64,000 bases of DNA from a virus. Made by a program: the position numbers and the translations under genes. The stretch lies in IMG/VR virus record IMGVR_UViG_3300037071_003688; one strand, 5' to 3'. Numbering within the stretch: position 1 is the first letter of the stretch; the number at the start of each line of letters is the position of its first letter. Below are positions 62,012-64,000 of this stretch, in pieces. The notes beneath the pieces are model-generated. The model made no database searches and was not told where the DNA came from. It saw nothing but the letters and a program-made list of their open reading frames with translations.

Positions 62012-62040
62012 TTGACAACCGTTCCCATTTCGTGTAAAGT
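62012..62040 (+). promoter_or_regulatory. class I promoter
   Basis: TTGACA-17-TAAAGT, ATG 7 nt downstream. Confidence 0.75.
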
Positions 62041-62740
62041 TAAATATATGGGAACCACCACTGCTAGGTCAGCCCGATCAACCAACAACCATCCGAAGCC
62101 GATCACGGGCCGGGTCACCGAGTTCCGGATCGGCCCCTACCGAGTGCTCGAAGCGGGCGATGAGGCCGACGTCCACTTCCCCGAGAAGCGCAAGTCCTAC
62201 CGTCGAGCGAAGTTCGTCTACGCCGTGGGCAACACGCTGGTGTTCGTCAAGCCTGACACCGGCGGACTGGTCGGCGTGCTGCCCGACAAGGTCGGCACCA
62301 TCCACCGTCTGAATCGTTTGAGAGGCTCCGAATGACCACCATCCGATTGAAGATCACCTACGAGTGGTCCGGTCTCGAAGAACTCTGCCTCCCCCAAGCC
62401 GACAAGGTGATGGCCGCTCTGATGGCGACCGATGACCGCGAGCCACGAGCGTTGAACCGACCGAAGGTGTCGATGGACGTGAAGCTGATGTCGCACCGCT
62501 ACGAAGGCCCGGACCGCCCGTACGAACAACCGGTCGAGCACGAATGAACCTCACCCTGACCGCCGAGCAGAACGCCGACCGGGAACGGCCGACTTGTGCG
62601 ATCAAACTTCCGTCGCACGTCGGCACGCCCGCCACATGGGCAGACGCCAATCACCCGCAGTGGTACGTATGCGACCGCCACCGCCGCCAGTACGAGGAAC
62701 GAGCGGACGAGTTCGGCCCGTTCGCCTGGGAACCAATCTG

Positions 62741-63352
62741 ATGCAACTCCAACTCAGCGACTCGCAGAACGCCGACCGGGAACGGCTAGGAGCATGCGTC
62801 GTGGTCGGCCAACTGTGCGGCTATCACGCTGACGGCCGTCCGAAGCCGCCCATTGATGCCGCCTGTGCGTGCTACCAGTTCCCGCCCCGCCAGTTCGCCG
62901 ACGCCGCAGCACCATGCCCGTGTGGGAAGTTGACCGGCAAACCCGGCTGGACCCTGGCTCCCGGCTTCAAGCAGATGAAGCCCTGCCCGGATTGTCGTGA
63001 CGGCAAGCCGATCATCGAGATACGGGTGCCGTGTCCGAACAACTGCACGCGCTTCGATGGCAAGGTACCCGGTCACATTTACGGGTCGAACTGGCCGTGG
63101 GTGCCGTGCCAGACGTGCATGGGCACGATGTTCGTCGTGGTGGCTCGGGCCACCGTCACGCTGCTGCCGGTCCTCGACGCCACAGACACCAACGACCACG
63201 TCAACGTGCGACACGTCTGCATCGCTCAAGGCAGCGACCCGGCCCCGCAGGCGTTCTTGGACGGCGGCTCGGCCGGTATGCGGCGGCTCGCATTCGATCC
63301 GTTGCCTGTGGCTGGCAGGGATTGGATCGCCGTGTTCGAGGATGTCGCGTGA
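62741..63352 (+). CDS. Cys-rich (DnaJ-type zinc-finger-like) hypothetical protein
   Basis: Multiple CxxCxG-like motifs (CPDCRDG, CQTCMG). Confidence 0.55.
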   Translation: MQLQLSDSQNADRERLGACVVVGQLCGYHADGRPKPPIDAACACYQFPPRQFADAAAPCPCGKLTGKPGWTLAPGFKQMKPCPDCRDGKPIIEIRVPCPNNCTRFDGKVPGHIYGSNWPWVPCQTCMGTMFVVVARATVTLLPVLDATDTNDHVNVRHVCIAQGSDPAPQAFLDGGSAGMRRLAFDPLPVAGRDWIAVFEDVA

Positions 63353-64000
63353 TCGTGGTCGGTCAGCACTGGCAGTCAGGCCCGTGGCGCGAGACGCCCC
63401 GCGAGATCGTGATCGAGGCCGTGCTTCCCATCGGGGCCGAGATCCCCGAGGATGTCGCGTTCCGGTTCCTCGACGGAGAGCAGACCTCGACGTGCTCGCT
63501 CAACGCCTTCCGCCGGACCTACGTCGAGGTGCCATCGTGAGAGTTCGTCGCTTCCCGCGCAAACCGATCGACCGGTCCCGGCCACCGCTCGGCCCGGGCG
63601 GGGCGAGGGTCATCCTGCTGTATCCGAACGGTGCCAGCACCGGGATCACGTACACGTCGGTCCAAGCACTGGCGAAGGACCAGACCTCATGATGCCGCCG
63701 GACTGCGTCCTGTGCGAGGAGCCGATCGGGTCGCTCGACGTGGTGCGGATCCACCCGGGCTACGCCCACCGCGAGTGCGCGATGCGGTCGGCGCTGGGCG
63801 GGATCGGCCACTTCGAGGATCACGACTTCTGGTGCGAGAACATGGGCGACCCGGACGGCGGACGGACGTACCATCAGTCGGCGCTCGAAGTCGCCGCGTT
63901 GTGGGACGCCGGGAAGATCTCGTCTTCCGAGTCGGGTGTGGGAGACTGACGACCATGCGACTGTTGTTCCGCCCGCTCGGTGTGTGGCCCCGACAACTGA

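Noticed and set aside
22000-62100. Integron-like or site-specific cassette array based on the repeated promoter/leader motifs
   Set aside because: No integrase or recombinase in the window and no attC-like structures; the repeats are explained as promoters and leaders.

Overview
High-GC, densely packed segment of a large dsDNA bacteriophage. An actinobacterial host is inferred from GC content, leaderless genes, a MerR-type regulator and an LPXTG protein. Almost all genes are on the + strand with ATGA/GTGA overlaps. Order: recombination/replication module (Gam-like, Sak4-like AAA ATPase, HNH, glycosyltransferase, DUF2303 pair, VRR-NUC, initiator with iterons, helicase-loader-like), a Tad1-like anti-defence protein, a DNA methyltransferase, an SPFH protein, an isolated terminase pair with no portal or capsid genes nearby, and about 45 kb of mostly small accessory genes. 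Two RNA-based systems stand out. (1) A tandem array of six Y-RNA-like units (50141-50853) directly upstream of a Ro60/TROVE gene; the units share a covarying scaffold but carry different cargo domains, two of them circularly permuted tRNA mimics. (2) A predicted small RNA (about 47690-47793) whose hairpin loop is the exact antisense of a GGAAACCACCAC motif found at the translation start of about 24 genes, most of them behind strong sigma70-type promoters. Two promoter classes, a palindromic operator and further sRNA candidates are also visible. All family calls are by motif recognition only; no searches were run.
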